Source of the DNA: Armatimonadota bacterium
GTDB taxonomy: Bacteria; Armatimonadota; Armatimonadia; Armatimonadales; Armatimonadaceae
Assembly (NCBI GenBank): GCA_043754515.1
Contig: JAYUUO010000200.1
Span: 1 to 10,216 of the forward strand
DNA: 10,216 nt
Reading direction: 5' to 3'
Shown: positions 1-7,662 of the stretch, piece after piece
Layout: each line of letters starts with the position of its first letter
Numbering within the stretch: position 1 is the first letter of the stretch
Position numbers and translations under genes: made by a program
Notes under the pieces: generated by a model
What the model saw: the letters and a program-made list of their open reading frames with translations, nothing else
What the model was told of the DNA's origin: nothing
The model's database searches: none

Positions 1-2993
1 AGGGCGACGATGGCCGGGTCGGTGCCCGTGCGGGTCGCCACGGTGTAGAGTATCCACGAGCCGCGTATCTTCTCCAGGAACGCGGCGAGGGCGGCACCCT
101 TCAGGGCCGGGTCCGGCACCGGCATCGAGATGGTCACCAGCGACGCGTTCAGGGTGGGCACGGTCGTGTTCATCGGGCCGGGGATGGTCGAGTGCGTGAT
201 GGTCGGGGCGGGCAGGGTCAGGGCGGGGTCCTGGGTCACCGAGAAGTTCACCGTAACCGCCGTGAGTCCGACCGCGCCCCGGCTGTCGGTGACGCGGGCG
301 GTCAGGGCGTGCGTGCCGACCGGGACGCGCCGCCAGTTCAGGGTGTAGGTCGCGCTCGCGGCACCGTCCGTCGCGTAATCGGTCTGGAACTTGGCACCCA
401 ATTCACCGTACGAGGATCGGGTCGCCCGGTCGAGCGTGCCGTCTGGCTTGTAGTGGTAGCCGACGCTGACCCCGCTACGCGTCACCGAGGACAGATAGCG
501 CGTCAGCGGCTCGTAGGAATATGCCGTCGTCCCGCCTCCGTCCGCCGCCGTCAGTGGGCTGCTGTCCGCGTCGTAGGTGAACGACTCCGTCTTCCCCGAG
601 GGCAGGGTTCGGCTCGTCACGTTCCCGAGCACGTCGTACTGGTTCGTGCCCCCCCGCCCGTTCGCGTCCGTGTAAGAGACGACGCGGCCCCGCGTGTCGT
701 AGACGCAGGAGGAGGTCGCCCCGGACGGGTCGGTCACCGCGTACAGCGAGCCGTAGCCGTCCCAGCCGTATCCCGTCGTGCGCCCCGAAGGAGAGGTGGC
801 CAGCGTCGGCACGTACTTATGTACCTGCCGCAGCCAGTCCACGTGCTTGTAGTCCCAGTGATAGGTGCCGCCGTCGGGGAGCGTCATGTCGGTGACGTTG
901 TTCGCCCCGTCGCGGCTGATCGTGGACGGCTTATTCCCCCCGGAAGTGACCGCCAGCGGTTGCAAATTCTTGTCGTAGTCGTATGTGGTGACGTGTCCCA
1001 GGGCGTCGGTCGTCTTGAGCAGGACGTTATTCGGGCTGTAATCGTAGTGCGTCTTGTGCCCGAGCTCGTCCGTCACGTCGCTGACGCGGTTCACGAGGTC
1101 GTAATCGAAGTGGCGGCTACCCAGTACCGTGTCCTTGCCGACGACGACGCTCTCGTCGGTCAGTCGCTCCCAGGAGTCCCACCCGTACACATAACGGCGA
1201 CCCGCGCGGTCGAGTGCCCCGGTCTTCAGCCGCCTCAGGTCATAGGTCGCCGTGGCGTACGTGCCGTCCGGGAAGGTCGTGCGGGTGATGTGGTCAAGTT
1301 TGTCGTACTCGTAGTCCGTCTCGCGCCCGAGGATGTCGTGCAGTTTCACCGGCATCATTTCGTGGGTGATGCTGCCCAGGTTCGGCCCCGAGTCCACGAC
1401 GCGGTTGTAATCGGTGAACGTGTGGAGAAGCCCCTTCGGGGTCTCCTCCGTCATGTCCGTGATCTTGCCGTCCGCCGTGTACTTATAGGTCGTACCCAAG
1501 TGCTCCGCCGGGACGCGCGCGGACGGCGGGGGTGCCGGGATGCTGGCAGCGTTCGGGAGACGCGACGTGATGCCGATGTCGGTCGCTCCCGCGCCGGGTG
1601 ACCGCACCCCTAACAGGCTGTTCGCCTCGGACGCGGAGGTGACAATCTTGGTGACGAGGTTGCCGTTGTTGTCCCACTCATACAGGATCGCGCCGCCGAC
1701 CGGGTTGTAGGCGGCGATCGGCCTGCCAGTCGCGTCGTAGACGTTGCGGGCGGCCGTGCCGTCGCTCGCGGTCATGCTCGCCACGGTGCCGTCCGGGTTG
1801 TAGGCGAAGGCGGTCGTGTTACCGAGCGCGTCGGTGGACGAGGCGATGTTCCCCTTCGCGTCGTACACGTTGGTCTGCACGACCCTCTCGTAGGCGTCCA
1901 GCGTCACCAGCAGGCGGCCCGCCGTGTCGTACCGCATCTGTCTGAGGATGGTGCCGGTCGGCGTGATGACGCTGGTCGGGAGGCCGTAGTCGCCGTAGAC
2001 GAAGGAGGTCGTGTTGTTCAGCGCGTCCGACACCGACGTCGGGTTATCCGGGTAGCGCCCGTCGCCGTAGGTGCTGCTACTCACCAGCACCGCCCGCCCG
2101 TTCAAGTCGCGCGTCACTGAGAGAGGGTTGCCCCGCGCGTCCAGGCGCGTGACCGTCTTCACTCCGGCGGGGTCTATCGCGGTCTCGGTGACGTCGGTGG
2201 CGTTCGGGTCGTCCAGGCTATGCGCGAACACCGAGGTCGCGCCGTTCGCGTCGGACGCGCTGACGATCCGCCCGCTGGCGTTGTACGTGTTGATCAGGGT
2301 CACGACGCCCTTCGAGTCGGTGATCGTCGCCAGATCGTGCAGGAGGTCATAGGCGTACTGCGTCTGGTTGCCGACCCGGTCCGTGAACCCCACCAGGTCA
2401 CCGCTCCCGTTCACCTGGTACTGAAGCTTGTTCCCGTTCGGGTCCGTGATCCCGGTGATGTGCCCCGACCCGTCCCGCTGGAAGCCGATCCCGACCCCCT
2501 TCGAGGAGACCAGGCCGTCCCGGCCCAGCGTCAGCGTGTTGCCGTTCGGCTCCGTCACCGACAGCAGCCCGCCGCGCTCGTCCACCCGCCAGACCGTGCC
2601 GTCGCGCGTCGTCAGCCGGAACGTCGTCGGCTCGAACGTCAGGTCGTCGTAGCCCATCAGGTACACCGGCGTCCAGACGCCGTCGGGGTAGTCGAAGCTC
2701 CCGCCGGTCGAGACCACGAACACGTTGTTATGGGCGGCGTCGTAGTCCGACTCGCCGTCGTACTTGAGCGTGCAGTTCTTCGCCGCGCTGCCGACCGGCT
2801 CCCAATCGAGGCGCAGGTTCTCGATGGACTCGATGCCCTGAACCGTGGGGGCGTACTTGGCGCGGAACGTGTAGACGACGCCGCTCGGGAACGTGACCGC
2901 GATCAGGTGCGGGCATGGGAGTGACCATTGGTGCCAGCGGAGGTGCACAAGCAGGGAACGAGCTGAGGCGGCACGAGCCGCCGTCCGCCTCAA
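1..2993 (-). CDS. RHS/YD-repeat protein, 5'-truncated (orphan or fragment), continuing beyond the left edge of the window
   Basis: Hand translation of the minus strand gives one open frame from 3002 (after TGA at 3005-3003) to position 1. It is absent from the ORF track because there is no stop inside the window. Many YD-type repeats are present (YDTAGRLL, YDAKGNIASSTDALGNTTAFAYNPDG, YEYDKLDHITRTTFPDG, YDTRGRVVSYTDANG, YDVLGNVTSRTLPSG). RHS-like sequence starts abruptly at ~2912 (PHLIAVTFPSG). The only upstream starts are a weak TTG (2993) and GTG (2948), so the start is uncertain. Confidence 0.9.
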   Translation of the reverse strand, partial: MRRTAARAASARSLLVHLRWHQWSLPCPHLIAVTFPSGVVYTFRAKYAPTVQGIESIENLRLDWEPVGSAAKNCTLKYDGESDYDAAHNNVFVVSTGGSFDYPDGVWTPVYLMGYDDLTFEPTTFRLTTRDGTVWRVDERGGLLSVTEPNGNTLTLGRDGLVSSKGVGIGFQRDGSGHITGITDPNGNKLQYQVNGSGDLVGFTDRVGNQTQYAYDLLHDLATITDSKGVVTLINTYNASGRIVSASDANGATSVFAHSLDDPNATDVTETAIDPAGVKTVTRLDARGNPLSVTRDLNGRAVLVSSSTYGDGRYPDNPTSVSDALNNTTSFVYGDYGLPTSVITPTGTILRQMRYDTAGRLLVTLDAYERVVQTNVYDAKGNIASSTDALGNTTAFAYNPDGTVASMTASDGTAARNVYDATGRPIAAYNPVGGAILYEWDNNGNLVTKIVTSASEANSLLGVRSPGAGATDIGITSRLPNAASIPAPPPSARVPAEHLGTTYKYTADGKITDMTEETPKGLLHTFTDYNRVVDSGPNLGSITHEMMPVKLHDILGRETDYEYDKLDHITRTTFPDGTYATATYDLRRLKTGALDRAGRRYVYGWDSWERLTDESVVVGKDTVLGSRHFDYDLVNRVSDVTDELGHKTHYDYSPNNVLLKTTDALGHVTTYDYDKNLQPLAVTSGGNKPSTISRDGANNVTDMTLPDGGTYHWDYKHVDWLRQVHKYVPTLATSPSGRTTGYGWDGYGSLYAVTDPSGATSSCVYDTRGRVVSYTDANGRGGTNQYDVLGNVTSRTLPSGKTESFTYDADSSPLTAADGGGTTAYSYEPLTRYLSSVTRSGVSVGYHYKPDGTLDRATRSSYGELGAKFQTDYATDGAASATYTLNWRRVPVGTHALTARVTDSRGAVGLTAVTVNFSVTQDPALTLPAPTITHSTIPGPMNTTVPTLNASLVTISMPVPDPALKGAALAAFLEKIRGSWILYTVATRTGTDPAIVA
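2964..2992. other. GC-rich inverted repeat (hairpin) between the last immunity gene and the RHS fragment
   Basis: TGAGGCGG (2964-2971) and CCGCCTCA (2985-2992) form a perfect 8-bp stem. There is no clear U-tract, so it is not called a terminator. Confidence 0.4.
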
Positions 2994-3098
2994 GCCGTAG
3001 TGTCAGCTGGGTTGGAAGAAGTTTCCATATCGTTCAGGCATCGCGTAAACTGCCACGCGGCACCGCCTCCTGGTGGGTCGCGCGCCAAGGCCGGGCGG

Positions 3099-4001
3099 CT
3101 ACGAAAAGCCCGCCAGTTCCATCAGGCGACCGAGTAGCGGGTCCTGCTCGGGACTCACATCCTCCGGGCCGAAGACGTGGAACGTCGGCAGGGCCGTCAG
3201 TTTATGTGCCGGTATATCTATCTCCAGCCCCAAGCACCGCCGGCGGTGTAGGAACATCAGTATCTCCGCAGGGTACACCTTGGGGAAGCTGTCGCCGAAC
3301 TCCCACGACTTGTTCTTGGTCATGGAACGGCTGTTCGCGACGTGGTAGTCACAGCACGCGACTACCTGCTCCGAGAACCCGGCGGGAGCGCGGTCGTGGC
3401 TCTCGATCAGGCCCGAGTAGACCCCGCACTCGCCGCAACCGACCGGCTCTGCTCCTAGCACACTCCGCTCGTAGAAGCGCAGGGCGGTGGGCGGCGTTTT
3501 GTGAGAATCATCCGGGGAGAATTGCGCCCGGATGAAGTCGTCGTCCGCGGACACGATCCGCTTGAGTATGCGGTACAGTGCCTCGCTCTCCTGGATCAGC
3601 CCAATGCCCAGGGCGATGCAGAGAGACAGAGCGGGTTTACTGGTGTTAAACCCGCCTGTATTGACTTTGACCGACTCGGCTATCAGTAGCTCTCTGCCTT
3701 TCATAGTGAAGTGCCAATACAGCAGGTCGCATTGGCAGAGGGAGTGGAGGGCGGCGGAAGCCCGCTTCGTGTCATGGGCACTCATGGCCGCCACCGCGGG
3801 CAGGCGGTACCAGAGCGATAGTTTCCACAAAGGGTACACGATGGAGAGCATCGCGAACCCGGAGGAGAGTAGCAGATCCGGGTCATCCAAAGCGGTTCGT
3901 ATTCGTTGCGTGGATTCGGCGTACGAGTCCCGGTTCAACTCGGACACGGCGGCCCGTGTGAACGCCGTCAGGACATCCCTGCCGTATCGGCTCGGTGCCA
4001 T
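3099..4001 (-). CDS. Putative immunity protein for nuclease tip D (all-alpha, possibly Imm49-like), 300 aa
   Basis: The ATG directly abuts the toxin TAG (4004-4002). The composition is helical, and the C-terminal CDYH...EF...YPAEIL...RR.LGL.I motif resembles immunity proteins found beside REase-fold toxins. The family name is tentative. Confidence 0.75.
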   Translation of the reverse strand: MAPSRYGRDVLTAFTRAAVSELNRDSYAESTQRIRTALDDPDLLLSSGFAMLSIVYPLWKLSLWYRLPAVAAMSAHDTKRASAALHSLCQCDLLYWHFTMKGRELLIAESVKVNTGGFNTSKPALSLCIALGIGLIQESEALYRILKRIVSADDDFIRAQFSPDDSHKTPPTALRFYERSVLGAEPVGCGECGVYSGLIESHDRAPAGFSEQVVACCDYHVANSRSMTKNKSWEFGDSFPKVYPAEILMFLHRRRCLGLEIDIPAHKLTALPTFHVFGPEDVSPEQDPLLGRLMELAGFS

Positions 4002-4697
4002 CTATGGTTTCTTCATTCGCGTGTTGACCTTCCAGGGCTTCTGCTTGATCGTCGTCGGTAAGTCAGGATTGGTGCTGCCTAAATTCGTGACGTCGACTTT
4101 GCGATAATTAGCAGGCGTCTTAGCTTCCAAAGCAGCTAGATAGCGTTGAGCCAGATCGTGTGTTTCCTGAGAAACTTTTCCGTAAATCCCGCCTTTTGAC
4201 TCATAGTTGGCAACCACTAGTTCCAATCGGTCTCTGACGAACTTCAGAGGATTTCGTTGTTCTCCGGACAGACTTTCACTATACCGAGATGTGGACGTTT
4301 TTACCTCGAAGAAAAAGATTTCCCCGTCCTTTGTCGCCACTATGTCGATTCCACAGCCTCTACCGTTCTGGATCTGGCCTATATCCGTGTACCCATCGAT
4401 TTTCAGTTTGTCTATAACTAAGGACTCACCCGGATCGCCAATAGCATCAGTGACACACTCGCCGTTGTGTACCCACGCGCCGCCCTGTGCGGTGCCGACG
4501 TAGAAGGTGTGGTCGCCCTCGACCGTGCAGTTGTAGACCCAGACGCCCTCGGGGTGGCTCTCGACCCGGACCGACTTGACGAGAAGCCGCGGCCCGGCGC
4601 GCGTCAGGATCGCCGTGCCGATCCCGAGGTTACCCATCGCCACCTGGCCCGCCCCCGTGAAGAACGGGTGCTCCACCGTGCCCGAAAGCGTCTCCAC
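4002..4697 (-). CDS. Toxin cassette D: partial pre-toxin HINT plus PD-(D/E)XK restriction-endonuclease-fold toxin tip
   Basis: The HINT C-terminus VYNCTVEGDHTFYVG...AWVHN ends at 4464. The tip (4002-4463) has GE...GIDIV (D 4346-4344)...FEVK (E 4307, K 4301)...LSGEQ, matching the REase catalytic pattern. The GTG start is an internal HINT codon, and the frame is closed upstream by TAA at 4763-4761. Confidence 0.85.
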   Translation of the reverse strand: METLSGTVEHPFFTGAGQVAMGNLGIGTAILTRAGPRLLVKSVRVESHPEGVWVYNCTVEGDHTFYVGTAQGGAWVHNGECVTDAIGDPGESLVIDKLKIDGYTDIGQIQNGRGCGIDIVATKDGEIFFFEVKTSTSRYSESLSGEQRNPLKFVRDRLELVVANYESKGGIYGKVSQETHDLAQRYLAALEAKTPANYRKVDVTNLGSTNPDLPTTIKQKPWKVNTRMKKP

Positions 4698-4736
4698 CGT
4701 CGCCTCGCCCGCGTCGCCCTCAGCGCACAGTTCTAC
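4464..4736 (-). repeat. HINT-coding repeat, copy D (3' part)
   Basis: Near-identical DNA to 7029-7301, 8739-8912 and 9942-10214. Its 5' edge is degenerate (VELCAEGDAG versus VEFYAEGDAG). Confidence 0.92.
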
Positions 4737-4847
4737 GAACGTGGCGCGCGTTCCCTGGTATTACCACGGGGCGTCCCCTTGAAGAACGGGCACCCGACGC
4801 CGCTCGCGATTCGCAGGTCGGGGGATTGTGGAAGCCCGGAATGTTAG

Positions 4848-5657
4848 CTACAGCGATAGTTCGTAACGTGCCATCAGAAACTCGGTCGGCATCATCGAGC
4901 GGTCAGTCAGTGCGTCAACCGATTGCTGTAGACAGCGGCGGTATCCCGCCGCGTCACCGATCTGTAGCACCAGACAGCTGACATAGAAGCACGCCGTACA
5001 CCCATTCCTCGCCCGCACGTGTTCGTAGTTTCCGGCTATAGATAACGCCCGATCAACCAACTCATCTGCGGAAAGCGTACCGAGAACAAGGTCCGCAAGT
5101 GCGCCAGGCCAGATCCCGTCGCGCCAACCTCCCTCCCGGAGCGACTCGACCTGCGGACACATCTTTTTCATATCGCGGCGCGCATAATCGGACAGACTGC
5201 CGTTGTTCAAGCGCAAAGACGCCCACCAGATCAGTGCCACCAGTTGTATCTGCGAGGCACCATACGGGGGTGTCTTGCACGCAGGAGAGACGGCCTCGCC
5301 CCCATGCGATCGCTCGTTCTCGCTCACCCAATCCTCGCATGCCTCCGTGTAACGACCCAGGTGCCACAGGGCGACCCCATAGTATTTACTCACTTCCCGA
5401 TAGTGTCGCTCACGTCGCTGCCGCGCTTGATACATGACATCGCTCGCCCTCCGGGCGTCTCCTTCGAGCAGGTAAGCGATGCAGGCGTTGTTGCTTGCCC
5501 TCCCATGGTTTTCCGGGTCGGCAAGCACTTCCTCGTAAATATCACAGGCTTTCTGGTATTCGCCGCTCACGATTGCCTCCCAACCCTGGTTGGAAAGGGC
5601 AACTAGTTCGTCGAAGCGGGCCAGTGGGTGCTCCTTTTTCGCCGACTTCTTTTTCAT
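4848..5657 (-). CDS. TPR-repeat (NlpI-like) protein, probable orphan immunity protein, 269 aa
   Basis: TPR-like helices (GWEAIVSGEYQKACDIYEEVL; YGVALWHLGRYTEACEDW) and an NlpI-like C-terminus (WP..LADLVLG.LS.DEL...CTACFY). Start reassigned to the ATG at 5657 (MKKKS) because the longer ORF extends into the IS110 remnant. No toxin ORF lies upstream. Confidence 0.75.
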   Translation of the reverse strand: MKKKSAKKEHPLARFDELVALSNQGWEAIVSGEYQKACDIYEEVLADPENHGRASNNACIAYLLEGDARRASDVMYQARQRRERHYREVSKYYGVALWHLGRYTEACEDWVSENERSHGGEAVSPACKTPPYGASQIQLVALIWWASLRLNNGSLSDYARRDMKKMCPQVESLREGGWRDGIWPGALADLVLGTLSADELVDRALSIAGNYEHVRARNGCTACFYVSCLVLQIGDAAGYRRCLQQSVDALTDRSMMPTEFLMARYELSL

Positions 5658-5688
5658 CTCACCGGTCTTCCCGGAATATTTCTCACAA

Positions 5689-5853
5689 AAGTTCGATCCG
5701 TTGATCCAAGCGTTAGGGCAACGACTGACAGCCAAAGGGAAGAGTAAAATGCTGATTATCGGGGCAGCAATGCGAAAGTTACTTCATCTCGTCTACGGGA
5801 TACTGAAGTCGGCGAAGCCATTCGATCCCAATTTTTTAGGCGAATTGGCTTGA
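5689..5853 (+). pseudogene. IS110-family transposase/recombinase, C-terminal ~54 aa only
   Basis: KFDPLIQALGQRLTAKGKSKMLIIGAAMRKLLHLVYGILKSAKPFDP matches the typical IS110 C-terminus. The upstream part of the 5590-5853 ORF is only antisense to the TPR gene, and no DEDD RuvC-like domain is present. Confidence 0.85.
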
Positions 5854-5855
5854 CA
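5850..5855 (+). promoter_or_regulatory. Outward-facing -35 box in the IS110 right end
   Basis: Perfect TTGACA overlapping the transposase stop. IS110 right ends are known to carry a -35 that pairs with a left-end -10 in the circle junction. No well-spaced -10 is present in the flank here. Confidence 0.55.
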
Positions 5856-5901
5856 ACCAATACAGTATCTCACGTTAAGTAGATTATTCTTTTAGACGTC
5901 T

Positions 5902-6576
5902 TTATCTAGAGTAATCTACAACGCCTGCTATTGGCGCATCATGAGCGAGGAAAAAGCCGCGTCTTAGCGGATTAGGCCCGCGCATCTGTTGGCTTCTGCG
6001 TAACGGATCTAACACGGAGGGGTCGCTCGCGGTAGTTTCAGATAGAACATGTAAGTCGCTGACCTGGTACCCAAGTTCACCGCGGTATAATGGTGCTGTT
6101 TCAAACCAATACCCATTACCTTCATCCATGTCCTCGTCGAGATCAGGTTGGTTCACCCAATAAACATACCCGCTAACTGCGGCTAATGTCCTATCGCTTA
6201 TGAATTCGACTTGCTCAGATGTATAACCGGTGCTACAGCATTCATAAGCTACTCGGGTGCAGAGCCCAGCATACATCGCCATCTCGCCGATTTCTGACGG
6301 GAAATCATCGCAATCTGGTATTATCGAGCTGATTTCCTCTATACGGGACTCGTCCAATGATTGTTTTTGCTCATCGGCTATGTAAAGCCATATATCATCG
6401 AGAATATGACGGATGGTGCGCGGATCGCCCCAACCATGAGTGATATGAAACGCTTCATACAGTGGGAAAAGACGTTCACAACAACATGCCGCGAACGCGA
6501 TGCATTGTCGTTCCGTCAGAATACTAAGATAGCCATTAACGGCATTTTTCAATACGATTTTTGTATTACAACTCAT
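5902..6576 (-). CDS. DUF416/YjaG-like helical protein, putative immunity protein for deaminase tip C, 224 aa
   Basis: ATGA overlap with the toxin stop (6576-6573). The motifs QCIAFAACCCERLFPLYEAF...WGD...LDDIW and IPDCDDF...A..A resemble DUF416 proteins. Confidence 0.8.
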   Translation of the reverse strand: MSCNTKIVLKNAVNGYLSILTERQCIAFAACCCERLFPLYEAFHITHGWGDPRTIRHILDDIWLYIADEQKQSLDESRIEEISSIIPDCDDFPSEIGEMAMYAGLCTRVAYECCSTGYTSEQVEFISDRTLAAVSGYVYWVNQPDLDEDMDEGNGYWFETAPLYRGELGYQVSDLHVLSETTASDPSVLDPLRRSQQMRGPNPLRRGFFLAHDAPIAGVVDYSR

Positions 6577-7505
6577 TTTGTTCCACGAATACGACCGACT
6601 GGTTTCGCACCCAACTGTACCGATCGTAGCCAGCATTGGACGCAAAAATCGCGTGATGCAACTATTCGTCCAAATCCCCATGCGCCATCTCGCAGTCCAG
6701 CCCATAAACCTGTTGGTTCCGCATGCCCCGTGTTTCCCCCAGAACCGTACGCATCTGGGTTTTTTGTAGACCCTATTTTCCTAGCCTGAGCGTCGGTAAC
6801 AACCTTGACCTCTATGCCCAGTTGTTTTGTTAGTTGCTTTGCTCGTTGTACCAGCATTCCTCGATCCGAAGGGTTTTTTGTACTAGATGCGACATATATT
6901 TTTTTGACGCCACCTTCAAAGTAAGCTTCATTAGACGCAACCGTTTTGTAGTCTAACTCCCTTGAACCGACTGCTTGCTCCATTTCCTTCTGGACAAATA
7001 GTAACGCATCTTCTCCTTCGCAGCTACCGTTGTGCACCCACGCGCCGCCGTTCGCAGTACCGACGTAGAAGGTGTGGTCGCCGTCAACGGTGCAGTTGTA
7101 GACCCAGACGCCCTCGGGATGCGCCTCGACCCGGACCGACTTGACGAGAAGCCGCGGCCCCGCCCGCGTCAGGATCGCCGTGCCGATCCCGAGGTTACCC
7201 ATCGGCACCTGGCCGGCTTCCGTGAAGAACGGGTGCTCCACCGTGCCCGAAAGCGTCTCCACCGTCGCCTCGCCCGCGTCGCCTTCCGCGTAGAACTCGA
7301 CCACGGCTAGCTTATCTACCTGATGCTTCCAGGCGTTCGTCACCCTGCGCCACTCCGGCCTACCCGTCGCCGGGTCCGCCGACACCACCCACTCCGACAG
7401 GCCGTTCTCGAAGCCCCACACCAGCGCGGCGAAGTCGCCGGACGCACGTGCCAGTGTCGGGTCGCTATCAGGTTTCTTATCCCCGACCGCCCACGCGCCC
7501 GGCAC
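6573..7505 (-). CDS. Toxin cassette C: pre-toxin HINT plus nucleic-acid deaminase toxin tip
   Basis: HINT ends VHN at 7029. The 151-aa tip has HAE (6725-6717) and ASRDF-CVQC (6644-6633), the zinc-binding signature of the deaminase superfamily. The frame is open upstream to 7538 and includes the HINT N-terminal CFSGDAV at 7523. Confidence 0.88.
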   Translation of the reverse strand: MPGAWAVGDKKPDSDPTLARASGDFAALVWGFENGLSEWVVSADPATGRPEWRRVTNAWKHQVDKLAVVEFYAEGDAGEATVETLSGTVEHPFFTEAGQVPMGNLGIGTAILTRAGPRLLVKSVRVEAHPEGVWVYNCTVDGDHTFYVGTANGGAWVHNGSCEGEDALLFVQKEMEQAVGSRELDYKTVASNEAYFEGGVKKIYVASSTKNPSDRGMLVQRAKQLTKQLGIEVKVVTDAQARKIGSTKNPDAYGSGGNTGHAEPTGLWAGLRDGAWGFGRIVASRDFCVQCWLRSVQLGAKPVGRIRGTK

Positions 7506-7523
7506 CGCGTCGCCCGAGAAGCA
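7029..7523 (-). repeat. HINT-coding repeat, copy C (apparently complete domain, Cys1 to His-Asn, 165 codons)
   Basis: CFSGDAV...VVSADPATGRPEWRRV...GTVEHPFF...VYNCTVDGDHTFYVG...VHN. The N-terminal Cys, the TxxH block and the C-terminal HN are all visible. Confidence 0.88.
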
Positions 7524-7662
7524 CCCGGAGCCGAATTGTCAAACGCCGTATAAAAATGCTTTCACAAAATGTGCGGATCAACCATTTCTACGCGGCGTTG
7601 TAGGTATGATACTACCGGCAACAGCTCATGGGATTCCCGACAGGCCGATAGGTTGATCGACG

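Larger units (their letters stand above)
5689..5870 (+). mobile_element. Truncated IS110-family (IS621-type) element: transposase 3' end plus right end
   Basis: Encodes the IS110 C-terminal motif and is followed by TTGACA (5850-5855) and ACAGTATCT (5862-5870), an IS621-like right end finishing in the CT core. The left boundary is approximate. Confidence 0.85.

Noticed and set aside
130..2924. Long plus-strand ORFs (192-1601, 2220-2924 and smaller)
   Set aside because: Antisense shadows of the GC-rich RHS frame, with Arg/Val/Gly-rich translations and no recognisable motifs.
4729..4737. AGTTCTACG as a micro-inversion of CGTAGAACT in the other HINT copies
   Set aside because: The codons still align directly (VELCAEG versus VEFYAEG), so ordinary divergence explains it.
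7514..7611. Possible promoter before cassette C (TTGACA 7542-7537 and TATCAT 7611-7606, minus strand)
   Set aside because: Neither box has a correctly spaced partner, and they are in the wrong order to pair with each other.
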